Shown piece after piece: positions 26,543 through 37,829 of a DNA stretch of 64,000 nucleotides (within the stretch, counting starts at the first letter, position 1; each line of letters starts with the position of its first letter). The stretch spans positions 1-64,000 of the forward strand of contig MEDY01000038.1 in the NCBI GenBank assembly GCA_001724265.1, in the 5' to 3' direction. A program made the position numbers and the translations under genes. Below the pieces are notes generated by a model. That model saw nothing but the letters and a program-made list of their open reading frames with translations. It had not been told where the DNA came from and searched no databases. The DNA comes from Rhizaria sp. SCN 62-66 (lineage: Eukaryota).

Positions 26543-27938
26543 ATGGCCGAGCCCACCCCCGAGCCCGTTGCGCCTGCACCCGTCGCCGGCGCTGACGCCC
26601 CCGTGGACGTTGGTCTGACCCCGTGGGAGGCCGGCGACGTGATCGACTACAACAAGCTGGTCGACATCTGGGGCGCCAAGCTCATCGACCCCGCGCTCAT
26701 CGAGCGCATGGAGCGCCTCACGGGCGAGCCCGTCCACCCGTGGCTGCGCCGCGGCATGTTTTTCTCGCACCGCGACCTGGACCACATCCTCGACCTCTAT
26801 GAGCGCAAGCAGCCCTTCTACCTCTACACCGGCCGCGGCCCGTCGTCCGACAGTCTGCATCTGGGCCACCTCGTGCCCTTCAAGTTCACGCAGTGGCTCC
26901 AGCGCGTCTTCAACGTCCCGCTCGTCATCCAGCTTACCGACGACGAGAAGTTCCTCTGGAAGCCGTACCTCACGCTCGCCGAGGCCGCGCGCCTGGGCTT
27001 CGAGAATGCCAAGGACATCATCGCCTGCGGCTTCGACCTCCAGAAGACCTTCATCTTCCGCGACACCGACTTTATCAAGTACCTCTACCCGACCTCGCTC
27101 AAGATTGCGCGCTGTGTCACCTTCAACAAGGTTGTCGGCACCTTCGGTTTCGGCCCCTCGGACCACATCGGCAAGTACGGCTTCCCTCCAGTCCAGGTAC
27201 GACGCGCATCCGCAAACAAAACACACTATAACTCTTCACAATATCATGTTTTGATTAATATATTTCGTCTTCAGATCCATCTAATAATATGTTTGATTGC
27301 TATTATTTGCTTTAGAGAATGTTCATTATGACTCACAATGTATCACTTTGCAATCTTTGACCCACCGCATCTTGTTTCTGTAGGCCGCCCCGTCGTTCTC
27401 GTCGTGTTTCCCGTTCATCTTCGGCGGCCGCGAGGACGTCCAGTGTCTGATTCCCTGCGCCATCGACCAGGACCCGTACTTCCGCATGACGCGCGAGGTG
27501 GCCCCCACGCTCGGCTGGCTCAAGCCGGCGATCATCCACTCGAAGTTCTTCCCCGGCCTGGCCGGCGCGCGCAGCAAGATGTCGGCCTCGCTCTCCAGCA
27601 CGACGATCTACGTCACCGACTCGCCCGACGTGGTGGCCAGCAAGATCAAGACGCACGCCGTGTCTGGCGGCCAGGAGACGATTGAGCTGCACCGGCAGCT
27701 CGGCGGCAACTGCGAAGCCGACGTGTCGTTCCAGTACCTGACCTTCTTCGAGCCCGACGACGCGGTGCTGGCGCATTACGCCGCCGAGTTCACCGCGGGC
27801 CGCATGACGAGCATGGAGATGAAGCAGGCGCTCATCGACGTCGTCGTGCCCATGGTGCTCGACTTCCAGCGCAAGCGCGCCGCGGTCACCGACGAGCAGG
27901 TCGAGGCCTTCATGACTATCCGCGAGATCAAGCCCTAA
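26543..27938 (+). CDS. WARS1: Cytosolic tryptophanyl-tRNA synthetase; exons 26543-27196 and 27384-27938; TAA stop
   Basis: [32 protein letters not shown] and KMSAS motifs. Confidence 0.97.
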
Positions 27939-28232
27939 GCAGGCAAGCCTCAACAAGCCGTAGAGTCGAGGTGTGATGATGTCTTTTTGTTTTGAGTTAT
28001 ACTAGAAGAAAATACGTGTAAATACAGTTCAATGTCAGAATAACAAGATTTCCTGTGAGATAAGTAGCAGTATGTATTGTAATTGGCCTTTAAGAACTGC
28101 AACAACGTTCAATAATCTGTTGTTGGAGTTGTTATTGTTAATGACCGCGAATGCTGTCTGAATTTCTTCAGTCCGTGCCCAGGGCCAGTTCGACATAAAC
28201 TTGGCTTCAGTTCACTTGACTTCAGCCTCGGC

Positions 28233-29012
28233 TCACTTAGTGCCGAGGTCGCCGCGCCAGCGCTGCCACTGCTGCTGCTGCTGCTGCTCCGACACACTGC
28301 TGCTGCTGCTGCTGTCGCGTCTCAAGACCGTGGCGTTGGGAGGCACGCCGTAGGACGGAACCTGCTCCTGCTGCTGCTGCTTCTGCTGGAAGAAGCCGCC
28401 GCTCTGCGCATCGTAGCTGTTGTCGTTGCTGTTGCTGCCGTAGTTGTTCTGCGGCAGAGCGGAGCGCGAGCGGCGCGACACGCGCGCCGAGGCCGAGAGC
28501 GCGGTCGACGCAAGGGGCGGGACGTCGCCAAAGCAGTCGTACTCCTCCTCGTCGGCCGCCGCGCGCGGGGCGCCGTTGTACTGGCCATGGCCGTAGCCGA
28601 GCGCGGCGGCGGGCGCGGGGAGACCCTTGACGGGGGAGAGCGCGGACCGGAGCAGCCCAGCCGACCCGGCGCTGGCGGTGGCGGCGGGCTTGGGGGCCGC
28701 GGGCGCGGGCGCGGAGGCGAAGGGACCCAGCTTGGCGAGCGCGGCGTTGTACTCTGCGTACTGCTGCGCGAGCTGGGCCTGGAAGATCTCACGGTACGTC
28801 TCCTTCGAGGCGTCCGCGCGGCACGAGACGGGCGCGCAGAACTCCGCGGGGTACGTTGAGACAGAGCCTGTTAATGAGACAATACGATGGTTGAGTTTGG
28901 TAAGCAATGGTGAATATGACAAGGCACTACGCAGACTGGGGGTGAAAGACAAGAAGAAGAAGGGCGCCGTACCATTGGCTCCGCCCATGACGGCGTAGAG
29001 GTCAGTGTTCAT
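28233..29012 (-). CDS. Hypothetical protein; probable exons 29012-28973 and 28867-28233; TGA stop
   Basis: GC-rich codon-like ORF; a 105-nt AT-rich GTACGG..CAG segment looks like an in-frame intron; no family recognised. Confidence 0.65.
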   Translation of the reverse strand: MNTDLYAVMGGANGTAPFFFLSFTPSLRSALSYSPLLTKLNHRIVSLTGSVSTYPAEFCAPVSCRADASKETYREIFQAQLAQQYAEYNAALAKLGPFASAPAPAAPKPAATASAGSAGLLRSALSPVKGLPAPAAALGYGHGQYNGAPRAAADEEEYDCFGDVPPLASTALSASARVSRRSRSALPQNNYGSNSNDNSYDAQSGGFFQQKQQQQEQVPSYGVPPNATVLRRDSSSSSSVSEQQQQQQWQRWRGDLGTK

Positions 29013-29488
29013 TCCGACTGGGACTATAATATTGGGTCCTTAAAGAACTTATGTATACCTATCTCTCTGTTCACCAACAGAATAAATGACGATCAGGCAA
29101 TTCCACACGAGCAACGTTTTATTTCGGGACGAGACACAACGGGCGGCGGCAAAGTTCGCGAAAAAGAAAGTAATTTTGGCGAGGTGACCGTGAGCGCCCT
29201 TAGGGCTTGTTGGGGGTCGAAATCGAAGGAGAGCTCAAACTTTTTTGTTTCCTTCGTACCGCACCTGGAGCGCTGCCGTTGCATTCGCTAGTTATTTGTT
29301 TGAGCTTTCATTGCCTTATATTTACTTGCCATTGATCGCCACCGACATTTGTCCTCAGGAGTGGTGTGTATTTCTCTTTTCAAAGCTGTCCTCACGTTCC
29401 TGTTCCTGTCTGACTCCTTGCCCGTTTGTCTCACTCCTTTGCCCTGCTCGCCCGGGTCGTTTCGTATTGTCGCCGTTGATAGAAAGCA

Positions 29489-30457
29489 ATGCAGCTTACC
29501 CGCGTGCTTGCTCTGGTGTGCGCCGCTGTCGCGGTGATGGCCGCGCAGGCGCAGAACTTCGACCTTCAGTCGATGGAGGCGCAGCTCGCTGCCTACGAGG
29601 AGCAGGAGTCTCAGCTCGCTTCACTCGTCGAGGCCAGCGCCGAGATGGGTCTGGACGCCGAGTTCGAGACCGAGGCCGATGCCGAGCATGAGGTCGACGT
29701 TGACGCCGAGGCCGAGTACGACCTCGAGGCTGACAACGACGCCGACGCCGACAACGAGGCTGAGGGCGAGGCTGAGGGCGAGGCTGAGGCTGACGCCGAC
29801 GCTGAGGCCGACAACGAGGCCGAGGGCGAGCAGGACGCCGACGCCGAGGCTGAGGCTGAGGGTGAGGAGGCCTTCCTCGAGACCGAGGTTGACGCCGACG
29901 CCGAGATCGAGTCTGAGTACGACCTCGAGGCTGACCCCGCCCCCGCCGCCGACGCCGCTGCCCCCGCCGCGGACGCCAAGAAGGACGAGAAGGCTGCCGC
30001 TGCCCCCGCTGCTGATGCCAAGAAGGCCGATGCCAAGCCCGCCGCCGCCGATGCCAAGAAGGCCGATGCCAAGCCCGCCGCCGCCGATGCCAAGAAGGCC
30101 GATGCCAAGAAGCCCGAGGCTAAGAAGGCCGAGCCCAAGAAGGCCGATGCCAAGAAGGCCGATGCCAAGAAGCCCGCGGCCAAGAAGGAGGAGAAGAAGG
30201 ACGACAAGAAGGACGAGAAGAAGAAGGAGGAGGGCCCCTCCCCCGGCGAGGGCGACGACGGTGGCTGCACCAAGAAGTTTGACCTCCTCAAGCTCCTCAA
30301 GAACAACGGCAACTTCCTTGCCGGCAAGACCAACAAGAAGCTCGACGAGGCCGTCGCGGCCTGGGAGAAGACTGCTGCCGCTAAGCCCGCTGCCGCCGCT
30401 GCCAAGCCCGCTGCCGCCGCTGCCAAGCCCGCCGCCGCTGCTGCCAAGAAGTTCTAA
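29489..30457 (+). CDS. Secreted repeat protein with signal peptide, acidic E/D/A block and Lys/Ala-rich (AKKAD/AKPAA) block; TAA stop
   Basis: MQLTRVLALVCAAVAVMAAQA signal-like N-terminus; strong C/G-ending codon bias; intronless 322-aa ORF. Confidence 0.85.
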   Translation: MQLTRVLALVCAAVAVMAAQAQNFDLQSMEAQLAAYEEQESQLASLVEASAEMGLDAEFETEADAEHEVDVDAEAEYDLEADNDADADNEAEGEAEGEAEADADAEADNEAEGEQDADAEAEAEGEEAFLETEVDADAEIESEYDLEADPAPAADAAAPAADAKKDEKAAAAPAADAKKADAKPAAADAKKADAKPAAADAKKADAKKPEAKKAEPKKADAKKADAKKPAAKKEEKKDDKKDEKKKEEGPSPGEGDDGGCTKKFDLLKLLKNNGNFLAGKTNKKLDEAVAAWEKTAAAKPAAAAAKPAAAAAKPAAAAAKKF

Positions 30458-31430
30458 GCACCCTAGTCTGTAATTCTGTATTACTCGCTGGTTTGTTTGG
30501 ATCTGCTGGCTCTTGTTTGACTGTGTCTGCGTCTGTGGAAACACGGCGCGCGCACAGGGGGTCTTGCTGCGCTGTTGCGACTATTCTCAACCCAATCCTG
30601 TTGTTGCCTTGATGAATGCCACCACGCTCTCAGCCGTGCTTGCACATGACAGCACTGTAACGCTACGTTTGTGTTTGTGCGCTGTTGGCTTTGCTGTGCG
30701 CAGTGTGTTTGGTTTGATTACAATACACAATACAAAAATGCATCAAATATGACCAGTTTCAGTTCAATTTTATGCGTTTCCTTCAATACGTTCCATGTCA
30801 TGAGAAGTCATGCATGACAATTGTTGATGTTTGTGATTATTGGATTAAATGAAAGTTGATTGGTTTATTGTTATTTGTTGACTATAATAATAATATATAA
30901 GATTTCGCCACGCCACTCCTAGTCATAACAATGAATATTATTGATAAGCATACTAGTATACGCAGAAGCAAGCAACGTGACAACACATACGAACAGATAT
31001 AAAGATAAAAGGAATCAAAAAGAGAAAGAAAGAGATACTACTAACAGGTTGAAGTCCGAGCAACGATGACAGACAACAACATCACGACATCACAACATGT
31101 GTTCATTGTGTACAAATAGACACCAATTTCTGACCGAACGAAAGACTGCATTGTCCTTCGGAGTATGCGTCTGTGGCAATGTTGTTGGAGAGGAAGAATC
31201 AAATAGAGTGCGATAACACAGCAGACACATTTCTAACAAGTGGCATCAAACGGATGTGAACTTGTTGGTAGGTTGCTCGCGTGTTCGTTGGCGCACAGAT
31301 CATTAATACTAGCTATAATATTAGATATTAATTACATAAGTACAAAGCAAAATAGAGCAAAACAGACACACCGCAGCGAGTAAAATACATACATGCGCTA
31401 AGTTGTGTGTTTTGTGTTCTATATGCTCGC

Positions 31431-32026
31431 TTACTTGGCCTTGGCGCCATTGGCGGCCTTGATGTCCTTGCGGCGCTCAAGCTTGAACAGACGCTTCTTC
31501 ATCTGGTCGGTCAGCAGGTCAGGGCTGGACTTCTGGAGCTCGAAAAGCGTCGGCAGCGGGTTGTGCACGGTCCAGAGCCAGGCGGGGTACTCGGCGTCGG
31601 GCTTCTCCTCGATCGCGGGAGCGTCCTTGAGCACGTTGAGGTCGAGGCGCAGCGAGACGGAAGGGTTCATGTTCTTGTCGCCTGTGTCGTGCAAAGTAAA
31701 GAAAAAGCGGAAGATATAAAGGTAGGGGAGAGATAAGAAGTGTGGTGAGCGAGATGTAAAAGGAGAGGGCGAGAAACTGCGATTGTAAAGAAAGCGGATC
31801 GTTTGCAGAGGCGTGCTTTAGGCCACAACGGGAGACAATGAGGCATGCGAGCAGCGAGGGCTGAAAACGTACCGAGAGCGGCAGCGTTGGCGTTGGCAAC
31901 AGCGAGGTTAGCGGCAACCTTGGCGTCGACCTTGGGGCCGAAGTTACGGAGAGGAGCCGCAGTGACAGCACTCACGCGAGGCAGCACAGACCGCGCGGCG
32001 CGGAACGAAAGAGCCCGGAAAGACAT
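31431..32026 (-). CDS. MRPL54: Mitochondrial ribosomal protein mL54; exons 32026-31873 and 31681-31431; TAA stop
   Basis: LNVLKD...KPDAEYPAWLW motif, C-terminal RRKDIKAAN, Arg/Ser-rich presequence. Confidence 0.88.
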
Positions 32027-32420
32027 CTGCGGGAGCAACACACGGGAGTCAGCAGCGGGGGCGGCGGGTGAGTCAGCGACGCATGCGAAAATAATATTTA
32101 AATAAAACACAGCGTAAGCAGTCTTGAAAAAGCAATACAGGCATCAATGACGGATGTTTCGGCCACTTTTGAGCACGACATTGGTGCCACTCAGTCAGTT
32201 GCGGGCGAAGTCAAGCCGCGGAAGTGGGGCGGAGACAGACTGGCTGACTGCCCGCTTCAGGTTCAAGGCATACCTCGAGATAGCCCTCTTGCCGACGCGT
32301 CTACCGCGCTCAATCAATCATCAATAGCACTGCACGCCTACCACACAATTGATATTTGAGTCGACAACACGAATTTTATTTTATACACGCATCGGACGTG
32401 GCTCCCCCGCTGTACCGCAA

Positions 32421-33977
32421 ATGTCCCTGCGCGTGAGCCTCTAGTCGCAGCTGCATGAGACGTCGCTGCTGATCCGCGAGCTGTGGCCCGCGCTGCACTC
32501 CACCGCCAACTCCGCGCAGACCACCAAAGTGCTTTCGGCGCTGCTTGTTGCCAACGCGGACCTGCAGGCCAGTCTGTCCCGGTTCACAACGCGCATCGCG
32601 CTCCACGCCCGCGCCGCGAGTCTGACCGCCGAGGCAGAGGAGAACACGCGCCGTCTGGGCCAGTTCTCGGAGAAGGCGCAGTTGCTCGACGAGCGCATTC
32701 ACACACTGTTGCGCCAGCACCCGCTTGCGCCGCCCATCGACGCGCCTGCCTTTAGGGCCTCGCCGTCGGACGCATCGGCGCTCGCAGCGTACGTCGTCCA
32801 AAATAACACATCCAACGGCAATGACAACAACAGTACCGCCAACGATCACGATGAGGTTGCGGAGGACGAGGACGGGCGCGCGCGGCGGCATGCCGTGAAG
32901 CGCGCGCGCCGTGCCGCCGCGATGTCTGCCCAGCCGGGCTCTCTGTCGTCGCTGTACCGCACGGAGGTCGCCCTAGGCTACTCGCCCTACTCCATCCCCC
33001 TTACCACCGCCGCGTCTAGCGCCACGACTTCGAGCGCAGGCACAACCGCGGCTAGCAGCGCGACGGCAGTGGCCTCGTCTGCCGCGGAGGCAGCCGCACG
33101 CGAGGAGGGCGTCGCAATGGAGCGATTGCGCGCGCTGGGCACGGAAGTAAACGTCGGCCAGCTGTTGCAGATGGCTGAGAGGCGCGCTAAACACCTGGCG
33201 CCGGTCGAGACTCCGCCCAGTACGCGCGTCGTCGTCACTGCTGCGGCACTGACGCAAGCAAAGCAACAGCGTGCGAGTGCGCACGACGGCGACAAGGCTC
33301 ATAAACACGCGAGCAACGACAACAACAACGTGTCTGCTGAGTCTGAGACCGCTGCTGCTGATGATGCTGCAGCTGCTGCTCAGACCGAGCCCGTGGCCGC
33401 GCGCGTTGAGTTTAAGCGCGCGGGCGCGTGGGGCGGCGGCGGCCCTGACCAGCAGCAGTGGCCGCTTTCGCTCGCCGCTCTGCTCCCCGTGCCAGCGGCG
33501 GAGACCTTCGCGGCCGCCAAGTGGAGCCCCGCCGACTGGCCACTCGCCAAACTCATCCAGATCCTCCGCGACCCGCACCACAACGAGCGCGGCTCCTTTG
33601 CGCTGCCGCAGAGCGGCGCGGGCGGGGGCGACTGGCGGGAGCAGCAGGAGCGCCGGCGCGCTGAGTGGCGCGCCAGCAGGGACGGTGTCGCTGGGGACGG
33701 ATCTCTTGGCCCCAGGTGATATGCGAGCAATTAATATATCTGTTTTTTTTTGTTGTCTTTATTTAGTCATACCGAATACAAAGCACTTGTTTAAATTTCA
33801 AACACGCTAAATTTCACGGAGATATACATGTTTGTGTGTTGCAGAAAGGCGTTTGTGGTGCCAATGAGTTCTGAAAAACTGCGCGCGTCACTCGCGCGCT
33901 CACAGTCACTTTGGCTGACCGACCTCCGGCGGACCGCGGCCACCGGCGAACACAACCGACCGCGAGACGAGTTGTGA
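32421..33977 (+). CDS. Mediator subunit MED4-like protein; exon 32421-33715 with in-frame TAG at codon 8 (32442-32444), probable last exon 33845-33977 (alternative end at TGA 33717-33719)
   Basis: N-terminal helical/coiled-coil MSLRVSL*SQLHETSLLIREL...VLSALLVANADLQASL, 'VNVGQLLQMAERRAKHLAP' and C-terminal 'PMSSEKLRASL' recall MED4 architecture; identity tentative. Confidence 0.5.
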
Positions 33978-34040
33978 AGGCGTGACGTGCATATTGCTTC
34001 CTGTTGCAGTATATACTTAACGTTGAACATTTCCCCCAGT

Positions 34041-36454
34041 ATGGAGCACGATTCTACTGCACCTCTGCCTGATAACAAGCTTTTTGTGGTACGTTGCGTT
34101 CTTTTCCCGGTCAAACCGGCGATCATTATTTCGACATGCCGGCCACGCTGCCTTGGGATCACGACTTTCTCTCTAACGCGCGCGCCTCGATCCCGGCGTC
34201 GCTCGTATTCCGTATTATCGTTCTGATTGCGCTAAACTAGTGCAACGGCATCGCATGATCCACTTTCACGCGCTATTGATGGTTTATTTTTGCGCGGCAA
34301 GCTCCGACAACGCCTCCGGCGTTCGAGGCCACTCCCATCGCATCGCCACTTGCCGGCCTCTTGTGGGGTGTCTGCGCTTCCTATTGGCCTTAGCGCGCAT
34401 GTCAACATAAACAGCACTCAAACATCCCTTAAGCATCTCTGCTGATGCTTATAAGTGCTTGATGCGACGAACGCGCTCGGCTTCCAATTAGGGCCCACGT
34501 TGACGCGCGTGGCCGCCGTTGGCGCCAAGTATTGAGCTCCTGACGCCGCCAGTCGCCATGCATTGGACTTTCCACACATTATGATATAATCCCGACTTTA
34601 TTACATCCATCTCATCTTGCTATCTTTCACCCTGTTACGTTTCCTCGGTTATAATCTCGCTTTCCTCGCACACCCCGATTCCAACCCCACGCCATCGCAT
34701 CCGACTTTTTCCACTACTATAATGCGCACCCCGTGACCGTCATGTTGCATACTTCATGTGCCATTGGATGTATTTAGGGCCAAATCCCTCCCGCCATCGA
34801 TGAGGTCACGATCTACGAGCTTTTTAAGGCCCACGGCACTGTTCTCGATGTCACTCTCCTCCGCGTACGTCATCACTTGACATCCTCCCATTTTTACAGC
34901 CTTTACCTCCCCCTAGAATAGTCTTCTGCCTGTGTGCTGCCGCGCATTACGTACTTTCAGCTGTCGTTTAAAAGTTTTACTTGCAATGGGCGCCATTTAA
35001 CCCGTTTCGGAGGTTGTTTTATCTCTAAGCCACAAATAACGGTCTCGTTGGATCTCCCCATCTAGGCTAAGTCCGACTCGACAAACCACCTTCATCTCGT
35101 CCCCATCCTCACTCTCTTTCTCTTTATTGCCATGTTTTTTCTATGCCCCCTCGCTCCTTCTACTGCTCCCTTTTTATTTTTCTCTGCTGCACGCATATCA
35201 CTCCCATTTGTCACTCTTCTGTCACCACTTGTCGCACCTCCGTCATCACCTTATTCACTTTTTGGTACACTTATCACTCCCCAATCGCGCCCTCCTCAAT
35301 CCCCTTTGCGCGTACTATATTTTGTTATCTTCTCCATTGTCTGTCCGTCTCCATATCTATTCCTTGCATTCCCGCTTCTTGATTGTACACGCGACCACAC
35401 ACAACAACAACCTCACCCGACCACATCCACAGGACCGCCTGACGACGGCCCCGCGCGGGTGCGCGTTCGTGACGATGCTGTCCAACGCCGAGGCGCTGGG
35501 CGCGATCGACGCGCTCGACTCTAAGGTCCAGCTCCCGGGCGCGCGCCGGCCGCTGCGCGTGCGCATCGCGGGCGTGGTGCCCTCGGACGAGAAGCCCAAG
35601 GCCGCCGACACCAAGCTCTACGTGTCGATGCTGTCGCGCAACACCTCGGAGGCGCAGCTGCGCGCGCTGTTCGAGCCTTTCGGCGAGGTTACCGAGGTCC
35701 ACGTGATGCGCGCCACCGACGCCACGCGTACCTCGCGCGGCTCGGGCTTCGTGCGCTTCGCCGACCAGGCTGCCGCCGAGGCCGCCATCCAGGCCCTGAA
35801 CAACGTCTACAAGGACGGCGACGTGCCCTCAATGCTCCAGGTCCGCATGGCGCACACCAAGCTCGACAAGGCCCGCTTCGCCGCGCAGGCCGCCGCCGCC
35901 TCCGCGGGCGCGGGCGCCGCGGGCGCTGGCGTCCTCGGCGGCGCCGTCGCGGCCGCCGGCCTCTACGGCGCCGGCGCGGGCGCGATGGGCGTCAACGGCA
36001 TGCCGATGGGGCTCGGCGCGGGCGCGCTCGGCGCCGGCAACGGCTACCGCATGCCCTACGGCAACACCGCCAGCAACGGCGGCAGTCGCGGCGGCGTCCG
36101 CGGCAACCACCAGCAGCAGCAGTACCAGCAGCAGGGGCAGCAGCGCCACTACGGTGACAGCGGCAAGTCGGCCGCCGACGCCGCTGCCGCAGCCGCCGCC
36201 GTGGCCGAGGGCCAGGACCCCTCGGCCGCCTGGTGGGCCCAGCAGCAGCAGCAGCAGCAGCGCCAGCAGCAGCAGCAGCAGCAGGCGCAGGCGCAGGATC
36301 CCGCCGCCGCCGCCTCCGCGTCCCAGCAGCAGCAGCAGCTGGGCTACGCGCCCCACCTGGTTTCGCTGCCGCACTTGGTCCACTACTCGCACATGGCCTC
36401 GCTCTACCCCGGCGCCGGCAACGCCGGCAACGCCGCCGCGGGCGCCAACGGCTC

Positions 36455-36495
<41 letters not shown>

Positions 36496-37310
36496 CCTAC
36501 CAGGGCGCCAACGGCAACGCCTCGGCCGCCGCCGCCGCCGCCGCCGCCGCGGGCGCCGCTGGCTACGGCTACAGTTACCCTCCCGCGGGCTCTGCCTCCG
36601 CGGCCGCCGCGGCCGCGGCCGCCGCGGCTGCCGCGATCAACGGCGGCGGCTACGGCGCGGCTGCGCCCGGCGCCGCGCTTAACAACGGCTACGGCGGCCT
36701 GAACGTCTACGGCGGCGGCCACAACGGCCACGGCCACGGCCACAACGGCCACCACGGCCACCACAACGGCAACGGGCACAGCGGCAACGGCTCGCCCGAC
36801 GCGGCCGTGGTGCCCCGCGGCCCTCCCGGCGCGAACCTCTTCATCTACGGGCTGCACGAGTCTTTCACCGACGCCGACCTGCTGGCGCTCTTCTCTTCCT
36901 TCGGCACCGTGCTTTCGGCCACTGTGCAGCGCGACAAGGTGACGGGCTCCAACAAGGGCTACGGCTTCGCGTCGCTCGCGGACCCCGTGTGCGCGGGACA
37001 GGCCATCGCCATGCTCGATGGCTTCGTGCTGGGCTCCAAGCGCCTCGCCGTGCGCGTCAAGAAGGGCGAGGAGGCCGCCGCCATGGTCGCCGCGAACGTC
37101 GTCGCCGCTAACGCGGCCGCCGCGGGCGCCGCCGCCGCCGCCGCCGCTGCCGCCGCGGGCGCGGACAACGTGCATGCCGCCGCCGCCGTCGCCGCCGCCG
37201 CCGCCGCTGCGGCCGCGGCCGCGGGCGTGTCGGGCTCGCCTGTGGACGGCGTTGAGAGCGGCAACGGCGTCAGCGGCGTCGGGATGCAGCAGGAGGGCGT
37301 CACTGCGTAA
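34041..37310 (+). CDS. CELF: CELF/Bruno family RNA-binding protein (3 RRMs); exons 34041-34088, 34778-34864, 35433-37310; TAA stop
   Basis: Spliced NKLFV/GQIP...R/DRLTTAPRGCAFV (RRM1), KLYVSMLS...RGSGFVRF (RRM2), GPPGANLFIY...KGYGF (RRM3). Confidence 0.92.
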
Positions 37311-37829
37311 GCGGATTTGTGTGTATAAAACAAATCTAGCTAAGCTAAAGCTGTTATATGACTCAATATGTCAGTAAGTTAGTCAGCAAGTAAGTCAGTA
37401 AGCTTAAACGCATGCGAGCAGTGGAGTTGGGTGACGCAGTCGCGTTTATGTTGTCGTCTGGATCTGAGTCGTTCTTCAGCTTGCTCAAGTACATGAGTGT
37501 TTTCCACACGATGTCACAGCAGAACGACTCGCAACAGCACAAGCACCAGGCGCACACCTACACTCACATGTACGCACACATACGAACATACGCGCACGCA
37601 CATGCCACATCAGTGCAACACAAGACGCCACAATCCTGCATTCTAGTCAACCCGTCAGCCTGCATATCAACTTGCCGAAAGGAAGTATGAAAGAACCTTA
37701 GGAAAAAAGAAAATGCGCAGAAAGAAAAGAACGATTCCCAAACATAGTTCAACGTGGCATGTGAAGCAAAAGCCGAGATGCCCCAGTCGTTCAGCCCATT
37801 ACGACAGTGTGTTGACGCTTTAACCTCAT

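Noticed and set aside
29940-30450. Tandem DNA repeats resembling a CRISPR array or satellite
   Set aside because: The repeat units are codon multiples encoding AKKAD/AKPAA peptides, with no unique spacers and no cas genes.
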